Shown: positions 40,698 through 49,200 of the stretch, piece by piece | Position numbering within the stretch: the stretch's first letter is position 1 | How the letters are laid out: every line of letters starts with the position of its first letter | Program-made: the position numbers and the translations under genes | Source: Chloroflexota bacterium | GTDB lineage: Bacteria; Chloroflexota; Anaerolineae; Anaerolineales; Anaerolineaceae | Assembly (NCBI GenBank): GCA_012798065.1 | Contig: JAAZNW010000076.1 | Coordinates: 13,858-77,857 of the forward strand | Length of the DNA stretch: 64,000 bases | Direction: 5' to 3' | Notes under the pieces: generated by a model | The model's database searches: none | What the model saw: the letters and a program-made list of their open reading frames with translations, nothing else | Told to the model about the DNA's origin: nothing

Positions 40698-41382
40698 TTG
40701 CCAGGTTCACCGCCGCCTCAGCGTGGATCTTCGTGGTAGCGAAGATTGGCAATACGCTGTCTTGCGGGCGCACCAGGTTTTCAATTTCAGTGCAGCCCAA
40801 AATCACCCCCTGCGCCCCCGCGTCGGCTAAATTGCTGATCACCTTGCTGAATTTCTCCCTGGACGACGCTTTCACCACTCCCATGCAGAGTTCTTGATAA
40901 ATCACCTCGTGGATGATCTGCCGTTCAGCTTCGCCTGGAACGAGCACGTTCAGCCCATGTTTTTTCGCCAGGCGGTCTCTGTAAAAATCCTGTTCCATAG
41001 TAAAACGCGTGCCCAATAACCCCACCTGCGTGATTCCAGCGGCTTTCACAGCATCAGCCGTGGCGTCAGCGATGTGCAGCAGCGGGATGCCCAGTTCGGC
41101 TTCCAGGCTTGGCGCCAGTTTGTGCATGGTGTTGGTGCATAACAGGATGAAGTCCGCGCCTGCCGCTTGCAGAGCGCGTCCAGCAGCAAGTAAACACCGC
41201 GCCGCTTCCTGCCAGTTGCCCTGGCGCTGCCATTCTTCGATCTCAGCAAAATCAACAGAGTACAGCACGCATCTGGCGGAATGGAAACCGCCAAGCCGTT
41301 TTTTCGTTTCCAGGTTAAGGATGCGGTAATACTCGAGGGTTGATTCCCAGCTCATACCGCCAATCAGACCGATGGTTTGCAT
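40678..41382 (-). CDS. Asp/Glu/hydantoin-racemase-family protein (aspartate racemase-like)
   Basis: 234 aa. IGLIGGMSWEST start. Two catalytic-type Cys blocks (LLCTNTMH and ILGCTEI). Confidence 0.85.
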   Translation of the reverse strand: MQTIGLIGGMSWESTLEYYRILNLETKKRLGGFHSARCVLYSVDFAEIEEWQRQGNWQEAARCLLAAGRALQAAGADFILLCTNTMHKLAPSLEAELGIPLLHIADATADAVKAAGITQVGLLGTRFTMEQDFYRDRLAKKHGLNVLVPGEAERQIIHEVIYQELCMGVVKASSREKFSKVISNLADAGAQGVILGCTEIENLVRPQDSVLPIFATTKIHAEAAVNLAIKNRGN

Positions 41383-41452
41383 AGGCTGTCTCCTGACGAC
41401 CTCTGTTACCTCATTTTACATCAGCATTTGTGGTTGTATTTTTCGTAAATTT

Positions 41453-41485
41453 TTGTACAATACAATTACCTGGTAAAACCACCAG
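41453..41485. promoter_or_regulatory. Cluster of inverted repeats (candidate GntR/FadR-type operators) just upstream of the regulator gene
   Basis: TTGTA-CAA-TACAA (41453-41465), TTACC-T-GGTAA (41466-41476) and CTGGT-AAAACC-ACCAG (41470-41485). All lie within 40 nt of the ATG at 41492. A TACAAT hexamer sits at 41461-41466. Confidence 0.3.
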
Positions 41486-41491
41486 CCAAGC

Positions 41492-42217
41492 ATGCGTACA
41501 ACCTTTGAACCGTTGCAAGTCACCAGCCTGAAAGAGGCCTGTATCACCCGCCTGGAGGAGCTGATCCTTTCCGGTGAGCTGAAAGCCGGCGAGCGTCTGC
41601 CTGCGGAACGGGATTTTGCCGCGCGCCTGGGCGTAAGCCGCCCGGTGCTGCATGAGGCGTTAGTCGACCTGGCAGCGAAAGGCCTGCTCACCATTCACCC
41701 GCGCCGCGGTGTGCTGGTCAACGATTTTCGCGTCTCGGGCTCTTGCGCCATCCTCTCATCATTACTTACGTATCACAACGGCAGCCTTGACGTTGATTTC
41801 ACTGAAAGTCTGCTGGCGATGCGTGTGTTGGTGGAAACTGAAACCGCCCGCCTGGCAGCGTTGTATGTTACGCCACAGCAAGAGCGCTCCCTTGAGGAGA
41901 TCATCGCCAATGAAGCCGCCTGCGACCGCGCTGACCCGCTGACCCGCACAAGCTTGGATTTTGATTTTCACCTGGCGGTCGCCATCGCGTCAGGCAACCT
42001 GGTTTACCCGTTGATCCTTAACTCGTTTCAAAAGGTATACACCCTGTTCACTGGCGTTTTCTTTTCCCATTCCGCTGGCAGCGCGGTGATGGATGAAGTG
42101 CTGGTCTTCCATCGCCGCCTGGTGAGCGCCATCCGCGAACATCAGCCTGAGGTTGCTGCGGCGGTGATGCGCGAGTTGCTGCTGCACGGCGAGCAGATTT
42201 TAAAGGAAGTTTTATAA
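41492..42217 (+). CDS. GntR-family transcriptional regulator, FadR subfamily (FCD ligand domain)
   Basis: 241 aa. wHTH LPAERDFAARLGVSRPVLHEAL followed by an all-helical FCD-like C-terminal domain. Confidence 0.88.
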   Translation: MRTTFEPLQVTSLKEACITRLEELILSGELKAGERLPAERDFAARLGVSRPVLHEALVDLAAKGLLTIHPRRGVLVNDFRVSGSCAILSSLLTYHNGSLDVDFTESLLAMRVLVETETARLAALYVTPQQERSLEEIIANEAACDRADPLTRTSLDFDFHLAVAIASGNLVYPLILNSFQKVYTLFTGVFFSHSAGSAVMDEVLVFHRRLVSAIREHQPEVAAAVMRELLLHGEQILKEVL

Positions 42218-42239
42218 GCAGTTAAACAAGGAGGAATAG

Positions 42240-44756
42240 ATGAGCACCCAAACCACAGATAAACCCAGGTTTGAAATTAAGGCTCCCAGGAATCTTTCTG
42301 AGCGCATCAGCTGGCTGCGTGATTACTACTTTGAAGGGGTTAACCGAAAATGGAATAACGAGTATATCTCGTACACTACTGGCACAGATTGGGACTTCCA
42401 ATATAACGAGCTTTCTTTTTACATCGTCCCCGAAACGTATTTCTACATCCCCACCTTCCGCTCCTCCTTTAAACAACTGGCCAGGCCGGTAACCCTGCAC
42501 GACGATTTTTGGAAATGGAGCCTGCCGGAACGCCGCGCATGGTTTTTGAAAGAAGTGCTACTGAAATACCATCCCAAGGAGATTTTGCCCGGAGACCTGC
42601 TGGCAGGGGCGCGCTTTAATGTGATGGCCTCTCACTGCCTTAACCAGAAGGAAGCGAAAGCCTACGATAAGATGATCTATGGGAAAAAGGGTGCGCGCGC
42701 CGCCATGTTGTGGTTCCACAACCATGGCTACGGCAACACCGGCGCTACCAGTGGTCACCTGGTGCCAGGTTACGCGCGGGTCATCGAGCATGGGTGGAAA
42801 GCCATTCACGCGGATATCCAGGCGCATTATGACGCGCTCCCCCCGGCGCAGCAAAAAGATAAAAAAGGCGCTCAACTGCGTGCCATGCTGACCGCTTCCA
42901 CCCTGGCGCGCGACCTTGCTGCTGAGTATCAGGCCCTGTTGGTCAGTCTGGCACACGCTGAACAAGACCCCATGCGCAAAACGGAACTGGAGCAAATGGC
43001 GCACAATCTTTCCCGTGTACCCTGGGAACCCGCTGAAACCTTCTGGCAGGCGGTGCAATCCCTGTGGCTGACACACATGCTGGTTATAGCCGACGAATGC
43101 TACCCGGGCCCAGGTGTTTCCTTTGGGCGTATTGACCAGTATCTCAACCCGTTCTGGGAGCGTTCCCTGGCTGAAGGGATGCAGCGCGAATTCGGCAAGG
43201 AAATCCTCAAATGCTTTTGGGTGCATTGCAATACCGCCTACGACGCTATGATCCAAACCGGCGGTAACCAGGGCATCACTGCCGGGTACGGGCAGCTGCT
43301 CACCCTGAGCGGGGCGGGTAAGAGCGGCGCGGACATGACCAATGACCTCACCTTCGCCATGCTCGAAGTCATTGACGAGATGACGCCCATCCTGGAGCCG
43401 AAACCCAACGTGCGCCTGCATCGCGGCACGCCCGATGACCTGCTGACCAAGGTGGTAGATATGATCTCCTCCAGCCAGGGGGCACCCTTCTTGTTGAACT
43501 TCGACGAGCGCTCGATGGCCGGCATGATGTTGGAAGCACGCAAAGCCGGGGTGGAGCACCTCATCCATGCGGAAAACGTGCATGAGTACGCCCCAGTTGG
43601 CTGCCTGGAGAACACCATGGTCGGGAATGACCGCTCCGGTACCGTTGACGATAACCTGAACCTGCTCAAAGCGGTGGAACTCACGCTCACCGGGGGTTAC
43701 GACCTGAACCCGGTGGTCGACGCGCTTAGCGGAAAAGCAGAAAAGCCGCGTCGTGATGGCGAAAACAGCGGCGACCCGGCCAGCTTCACCACCTGGGAGC
43801 AGTTCTGGGAAGCCTACGCCCTTCAAACGCGCTATATCATCCGTAAAAGTGTTGAAACATACGAGCGCTCTGAAGAGATTCGCGCCAAGTATTTCCAGAC
43901 CCCTTACGTTTCTTGCCTGGTAAAGGGCTGCGCGGAAAGCGGGAAAGATATCAACGAAGGCGGCGCGGAACTTGGCTTTGTCACTATTGAAGGAGTCACC
44001 TTCGCCACCACCGTGGATTCTTTGCTGGCGGTGAAATACCTGGTTTTTGACCAAGCCATTTGCACGATGAACCAGTTGGTGCAGGCGCTGCGCGACAACT
44101 GGGTGGGGCACGAGAAGTTGCAGGCCATCGCGCTGTACAAAGCCCCCAAGTACGGTCGTGACGAGGATGACGCAGACGCCATGGCCAGGCAGGTGATGGC
44201 ATTGTGGACAGAAGAGACCTGGAAGCATAAAACGGCTTCCACCGGCAGGCAGTTCCGCCCTGGCATGCTGAGCTGGAACTACTGGATTGCTTACTCTGAT
44301 ATCCTCGCTGCCAGCCCAGATGGTCGCGCCAAAGGCAAGTTTCTTTCGAACGCGCTGTGCCCCTCCAACGGCGCGGATATTAACGGCCCTACCGCCAACA
44401 CCAACTCGGTGGGCAAGGCTATGGGCGGTAAATCGCCTGACGGCAATGGCGACTGGCAGGAATACTTGAGCATGCTGCCCAATGGCGGCAGCCATACCAT
44501 CACCTTTAACCCATCTATTTTGCGCGATCCAGAACACAAGGAAAAGTTCAAAGCATACCTGCGCGGTTATATTGAAAATGGCGGCAGCGCGCTGCAGATC
44601 AACATGCTCAACGCAGACATGCTGCGCGACGCGCAGCTACACCCCGAAGATTACCGCCACCTGTTGGTGCGCGTGACCGGTTACAACGCTTACTTCACCG
44701 CAATTGGCAAAGAACTGCAGGATGAGATCATCGCCCGAGAAAGCCACCAGATGTGA
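42240..44756 (+). CDS. Glycyl radical enzyme (PFL2 / 1,2-eliminase-like), substrate unknown
   Basis: 838 aa. C-terminal glycyl loop LLVRVTGYNAYF (Gly814, GGT at 44679). Thiyl loop APVGCLENTMVG (Cys455, Glu457; TGC at 43602). GGAGGA RBS. Confidence 0.9.
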   Translation: MSTQTTDKPRFEIKAPRNLSERISWLRDYYFEGVNRKWNNEYISYTTGTDWDFQYNELSFYIVPETYFYIPTFRSSFKQLARPVTLHDDFWKWSLPERRAWFLKEVLLKYHPKEILPGDLLAGARFNVMASHCLNQKEAKAYDKMIYGKKGARAAMLWFHNHGYGNTGATSGHLVPGYARVIEHGWKAIHADIQAHYDALPPAQQKDKKGAQLRAMLTASTLARDLAAEYQALLVSLAHAEQDPMRKTELEQMAHNLSRVPWEPAETFWQAVQSLWLTHMLVIADECYPGPGVSFGRIDQYLNPFWERSLAEGMQREFGKEILKCFWVHCNTAYDAMIQTGGNQGITAGYGQLLTLSGAGKSGADMTNDLTFAMLEVIDEMTPILEPKPNVRLHRGTPDDLLTKVVDMISSSQGAPFLLNFDERSMAGMMLEARKAGVEHLIHAENVHEYAPVGCLENTMVGNDRSGTVDDNLNLLKAVELTLTGGYDLNPVVDALSGKAEKPRRDGENSGDPASFTTWEQFWEAYALQTRYIIRKSVETYERSEEIRAKYFQTPYVSCLVKGCAESGKDINEGGAELGFVTIEGVTFATTVDSLLAVKYLVFDQAICTMNQLVQALRDNWVGHEKLQAIALYKAPKYGRDEDDADAMARQVMALWTEETWKHKTASTGRQFRPGMLSWNYWIAYSDILAASPDGRAKGKFLSNALCPSNGADINGPTANTNSVGKAMGGKSPDGNGDWQEYLSMLPNGGSHTITFNPSILRDPEHKEKFKAYLRGYIENGGSALQINMLNADMLRDAQLHPEDYRHLLVRVTGYNAYFTAIGKELQDEIIARESHQM

Positions 44757-45727
44757 TGTCATCCGAAAACGTTTCTACCCGCGGCACTATCCTGCACCTG
44801 CAACGCCTCTCCACGGAGGATGGCCCGGGGATTCGCACCACGGTTTTCTTCAAGGGCTGCACGCTGCGCTGCGAATGGTGCCACAACCCTGAAAGCCTTT
44901 CCCGGCACAGGCAGGTACAGTGGCTCGCCAACCGCTGCATCGGCTGCGCGAGCTGTGTGGCTGCCTGCGAGGTGCATAGTCTCACGCTCACCGTTGAGGG
45001 CATTGTGCGCGACCGCGGGTTGTGCGTGACGTGCGGGCGCTGTGTTGAAGCCTGTCCATCAGGCGCGATGGAAATGCTGGGAAAAGAAGTGAGCGCAGCG
45101 GAACTGACCGCCGAACTGCTGAAGGACCGCGCTTACTTCGAAAAATCCGGCGGCGGTGTTACCCTCTCAGGAGGGGAACCAACCCTGCAGCCGGCGTTTT
45201 GCGCTGCGCTGATGGACGCCTTGCACGCTGAGGGCGTGCATGTGGCGTTGGATACCTGCGGGTTAAGCGCGCCTGGTGTGTTCAGTGAGCTGGCGGCAAA
45301 GGCTGACCTCATTTTGTTTGACCTGAAACTGATGAACCCCGATGAACACAAACGTTGGACAGGCGCGGACAACAGCCGTATCCTGCGCAACCTGGAAATT
45401 GCGCGCGATTTCGTGTCTCGTTCAGGCGGGGCAAAACGCCTGTGGATTCGCACGCCGCTCATCCCCGGCGCAACAACAGCCCCTGACAACCTGGCAGGTA
45501 TCAGTGCGTACCTCGGCGCATCGTTCGATGGCAGTGTAGAGCGCTGGGAGCTATGCGCCTTCAACAACCTGTGCCGCGACAAATACGAACGCCTGGGCAT
45601 GCGCTGGACCTTTGCCGAAACAGAACTGCTGACCGCGCAACAACTGACACAGATGGGTGAATGGGCCAGGTCAGGCGGCTTCGACCCTTCGCGCACCTTT
45701 GTCACTGGGGCAGCCAAAGCCAGTTGA
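44753..45727 (+). CDS. Glycyl-radical enzyme activating protein (radical SAM)
   Basis: 324 aa. CTLRCEWC (CX3CX2C) plus two ferredoxin-type clusters (CIGCASCVAAC, CVTCGRCVEACP). ATGA overlap with the GRE gene. Confidence 0.9.
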   Translation: MMSSENVSTRGTILHLQRLSTEDGPGIRTTVFFKGCTLRCEWCHNPESLSRHRQVQWLANRCIGCASCVAACEVHSLTLTVEGIVRDRGLCVTCGRCVEACPSGAMEMLGKEVSAAELTAELLKDRAYFEKSGGGVTLSGGEPTLQPAFCAALMDALHAEGVHVALDTCGLSAPGVFSELAAKADLILFDLKLMNPDEHKRWTGADNSRILRNLEIARDFVSRSGGAKRLWIRTPLIPGATTAPDNLAGISAYLGASFDGSVERWELCAFNNLCRDKYERLGMRWTFAETELLTAQQLTQMGEWARSGGFDPSRTFVTGAAKAS

Positions 45728-45767
45728 TTATTTCGAGAAATAATGCTTGAATGGAGACCCTAAAACC

Positions 45768-46625
45768 ATGAACTCCTCTCTTTACCCCCGCAACAGTTTT
45801 TCAGAACAAGAGATCAAAGACCTGTCCGCGGCAATGAAGGTCGGTATTCTGGGCACGGTGAACCCGCAGGGGCTGCCGCATCTCACCCTCATCACCACGC
45901 TCATGGCGAGCAGCCCACAGGTGGTGGTATGGGGTCAGTTCATGGAAGGCAGCAGCAAGAAACATGTGCTCACCAACCCGAAGACCGGATTCATGGTGAT
46001 GGGGCTGGATAAGAATTTCTGGCGCGGTTTCGCTGATTATTCTCACTCAGAGACTTCAGGAAAGGATTACGCGTACTACAACAACACCCCGCTTTTCCGT
46101 TACAACGCGTATTTTGGTGTGCACCGCGTGCATTATATGGACCTTATCGCTCACACGGGGAAGCACCCGCTGCCGATGCAGCGCATTATCCCCGCCGCGG
46201 TGATGACCATGGTGGCTAAAACGCTCAGCGCGAAACCACAAAAGACCCCTGTGCTGAATCCCTGGACACAGGCATTTTTCAACAAGATTGATAACCTTAA
46301 GTTCCTCGGTTACGTCAACGCGGAGGGCTACCCGGTTATCATCCCGCTTATCCAGGCGCAGGCGCTCGACCGCGAGCATCTCATCTATTCATTGGGCGCG
46401 TTTGGTGATGAGCTGGCGCAAATTCCACCGTACACTCCAGTGGCAGTGTTCGGCATGGCGCTCAGCATGGAAGATGTGCTGGTGCGCGGCACTTACCAGG
46501 GAATCAAGCGCGTTGCCGGCATAAGATGCGGTCTCGTCCAGTTAGACTGGGTCTACAATTCCATGCCGCCCACCCCCCGGCAAATCTACCCTGAAGTGGT
46601 CATCGAAGCAGTGAGCGAATTTTAA
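45768..46625 (+). CDS. Tandem split-barrel (PNPOx/FMN-binding-like) protein
   Basis: 285 aa from ATG 45768. Both halves carry the G(I/Y)L(G/V)TVN..G.PH / YVNAEGYPVIIPL pattern of pyridoxamine-5'-phosphate-oxidase-related split barrels. Assignment from pattern memory only. Confidence 0.55.
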   Translation: MNSSLYPRNSFSEQEIKDLSAAMKVGILGTVNPQGLPHLTLITTLMASSPQVVVWGQFMEGSSKKHVLTNPKTGFMVMGLDKNFWRGFADYSHSETSGKDYAYYNNTPLFRYNAYFGVHRVHYMDLIAHTGKHPLPMQRIIPAAVMTMVAKTLSAKPQKTPVLNPWTQAFFNKIDNLKFLGYVNAEGYPVIIPLIQAQALDREHLIYSLGAFGDELAQIPPYTPVAVFGMALSMEDVLVRGTYQGIKRVAGIRCGLVQLDWVYNSMPPTPRQIYPEVVIEAVSEF

Positions 46626-46651
46626 AGGTCAAGGAAGCATTTTCAAATGAT

Positions 46652-46677
46652 GCTCCAGGCTTCAGACCGCCTGGAGC
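46652..46677 (+). terminator. Stable hairpin 27 nt after the GRE operon (no U-tract)
   Basis: GCTCCAGGC-TTCAGACC-GCCTGGAGC, a perfect 9-bp stem. The next bases are GAGCGATG, so it is not a canonical intrinsic terminator. Confidence 0.35.
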
Positions 46678-46793
46678 GAGCGATGAAATTCAATCAATGA
46701 GGTGTTTCGACCCATTTCTGACCATGGGTCAGCTTTTACTGACATTGCTTAATAGGTCATGGGTCGTTGAACTTCGGTTAGAATTATCCATCT

Positions 46794-47402
46794 ATGCAGA
46801 GAACCATCTTGTTTGACTTTGGCGGGGTGCTCATTGACTGGAGTCCCTACCATCTTTACCGCAAGTTGCTGCCCAGCGACGACGCTGTGCGCGAGTTTTT
46901 GGAAGAAATAAAGTTCAGTGAATTCAACAAAAAGCTGGACGCTGGCTATCCTTTCCACAAAATGAAAGAGGAATTGCTTGAAAAATACCCGCACCGGTAT
47001 CAACTGGTGCGCGCTTTTTTTGAACGCTGGATGGAATGCACTGGCGAAGCCGTCAGACCAGCCGTGGAAATCATGCGCGAAATTAAACGCGCGGGTTACC
47101 CGGTGTACGGGCTGAGCAACTGGTCCACCGAAACCTTCCCGCTCCTGCAGCACCGCTACCAGTTCCTGCCTGAACTGGATGGTTACCTGCTTTCAGGGAT
47201 GGCAGGTGTAGCCAAACCGGACGAGGAAATCTTCAGGATCTTCCTGGCGCGTTTTGAGCGCAACGCCGAGGATTGCGTGTTTATCGATGACACGCAGGCG
47301 AATGTCGACGCCGCCAGGCGGCTCGGGTTCAACGCCATTCTCTTTACTTCAGCCGGCCAACTACGCGTTGCGCTGGTGAAAATTGGCGTATTGAAGGCTT
47401 GA
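46794..47402 (+). CDS. HAD-superfamily hydrolase (subfamily IA variant 3-like)
   Basis: 202 aa. Motif I ILFDFGGVLIDW, motif III/IV ...VFIDDTQANVDAA. Confidence 0.8.
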   Translation: MQRTILFDFGGVLIDWSPYHLYRKLLPSDDAVREFLEEIKFSEFNKKLDAGYPFHKMKEELLEKYPHRYQLVRAFFERWMECTGEAVRPAVEIMREIKRAGYPVYGLSNWSTETFPLLQHRYQFLPELDGYLLSGMAGVAKPDEEIFRIFLARFERNAEDCVFIDDTQANVDAARRLGFNAILFTSAGQLRVALVKIGVLKA

Positions 47403-47518
47403 AACCATTTTCTCTGTTGGGGAGCGCCTGAAAGAAACCTCGCTTTCACAACTTGTAGGGCGTATACCGCGGGCGCGGACGGGCTTTCTCTGCCAGGCTC
47501 ATTCTGGCCCTCCAGGTG

Positions 47519-47929
47519 TTACTCGCCCTTCTGCATCGAGGCTTGCGTGAAATCGCTGACTTTCATCCCTTGCGCCCTGGCCGCTTCAATAATTCGCACA
47601 AAGAGCGGATGGGTTTCCCCGGGGCGGTGATAAAAATAAACCTCGTCAAAAAAAGACAGGCGTGTGATGAAACTTTGAAGCAGCCTTTCGTAATCTTCTT
47701 CGGTAACCGTGTCAGGAGGTTGGTTGTACCATTTGATGTGGTCATCGCGGAAAACCACTCCGTAGCGGTCGGAGAGAATTGCCCAGTAGTGAGAATGCTC
47801 ATTACAATACTTGATGAACTGTTGAATCCCCTCTGAGGTGTATAGCCGGTCAGGCGTGACCTTTTCTCCGGTCAATGCAAATTCAGGGTCTTTTTCTTTG
47901 GAACAATGAGTGAGGTAGATTTTTTTCAC
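47519..47929 (-). CDS. Hypothetical protein, DUF6884-like
   Basis: 136 aa. Pattern ..HCSKEK...LY.S...Q.F......W.ILSDRYGVV... resembles DUF6884. Low GC (about 42% in a sampled line). 4-nt overlap with the upstream MFS gene. Confidence 0.5.
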   Translation of the reverse strand: MKKIYLTHCSKEKDPEFALTGEKVTPDRLYTSEGIQQFIKYCNEHSHYWAILSDRYGVVFRDDHIKWYNQPPDTVTEEDYERLLQSFITRLSFFDEVYFYHRPGETHPLFVRIIEAARAQGMKVSDFTQASMQKGE

Positions 47930-49122
47930 TGGTTGCCTTGTCCCTTTCTTTTCACGCCGAACAACACTGGGAAGAAGAGGATGACCAGCAGCATCAACGC
48001 GCCGAAAACTAGAAAAGTCAGCGGGTAACCAGCCGCGTTAGCCAGCCCTCCGCCCAGCCCCAGGCCGATACCCTGACCCACATTGGTGACCGCCATCAGG
48101 ATGGAGAACATCGATGCGGCAATGGCAGGCTGGGTATACTTCATCGCCAGCGCAAAGTAAATCGCCTGAGAGAGCCCGTAGGAGACGCCAAAGAAGACGA
48201 TCACCGCCCACATCATCGGTCGGTTGGCCACCATCGCCAGCAATATCATAGCCGGCACCACGAGCAGGATGGACAGCCACAGCGCTTTTTGGTTTCCCAG
48301 CTTATCCATCACCCTCCCGCCAGCCAGCGCGCCAACCACACAGCCTATCCCCCACACAGTAGTGAGCAAACCGGCTGTGCTGAGGTCAATGCCCAGTTTG
48401 GCGTCAAGAGAGGGGTTAACCAATTGATTCGCCCCCACAATCACCAGGAAAATGACCAGCCCCACCGCGGCTACTGCCAGCACCTGCACATTTTTAAACG
48501 CGCGAAAAGCTGACCATTGAAAGCGCATTTCAGCCGTTTTCTGAATTTCCTTGATAAAGAACAAGAACGGGATTGGCACCAAAGTGAGGATGGCCAGAAA
48601 GTAAAACACGCCTTGCCATGAGAGGTGCTGCGCGATAAGCCCGGCAACAGAAGCAGCCACAATCACGCCCACTGAACGCCCGCCGACCATAAAACCCTGC
48701 AGGGTGCCTTTTTCTGTTTCTGGTGTGATATCCAGCGCCAGCCCATCGGTGCAGGTATCATAAAACGCCATACCCAGTTGGAGCAAGAAAGCCAGCCCCA
48801 CATAAAGCCAGTAACTTCTACCGGGGTTGATGTTGGCCACAACGATGAGGCAGGCAAACTGCACCAGCAGACCGATGAAGATGTACGGTTTGCGGTGTCC
48901 CAACCCTAACAGGTTGTAACGGTCACTCAGAATGCCAAAAAGGATCTTGATGACAAAAGGGATGAGGGCAATGGTGGAAAAGATGCCCACAGCCGCCATA
49001 TCTAATCCATTATCCAGCATGTACAGCGCGTTGAGAGAAGCGAAATATCCCAATATCGTTCCCTGGGTAAAATAGAGCAGCGCGAACATCATCAGGCGAG
49101 TGAACTTGCTTTGTGGGCTCAT
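47926..49122 (-). CDS. MFS transporter
   Basis: About 398 aa from ATG 49122 (MSPQSKFTRLMMF...), 12 predicted helices. Confidence 0.75.
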   Translation of the reverse strand: MSPQSKFTRLMMFALLYFTQGTILGYFASLNALYMLDNGLDMAAVGIFSTIALIPFVIKILFGILSDRYNLLGLGHRKPYIFIGLLVQFACLIVVANINPGRSYWLYVGLAFLLQLGMAFYDTCTDGLALDITPETEKGTLQGFMVGGRSVGVIVAASVAGLIAQHLSWQGVFYFLAILTLVPIPFLFFIKEIQKTAEMRFQWSAFRAFKNVQVLAVAAVGLVIFLVIVGANQLVNPSLDAKLGIDLSTAGLLTTVWGIGCVVGALAGGRVMDKLGNQKALWLSILLVVPAMILLAMVANRPMMWAVIVFFGVSYGLSQAIYFALAMKYTQPAIAASMFSILMAVTNVGQGIGLGLGGGLANAAGYPLTFLVFGALMLLVILFFPVLFGVKRKGQGNQ

Positions 49123-49200
49123 AGGGTTTCCTTTGTAAATTTTTATGTCAAAATTATACAAATAATCAAACAGAAAGAAAACGATCAAACCGGAGGGAAA

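Noticed and set aside
42558-44537. 659-aa ORF antisense to the glycyl radical enzyme gene
   Set aside because: It is in exact codon register with the sense gene: (42558-42240) is divisible by 3. A stop would therefore need a sense TTA, CTA or TCA codon, all rare in this GC-biased genome. The sense strand has unmistakable GRE motifs and the antisense translation is low-complexity (Arg/Gly/His/Val rich).
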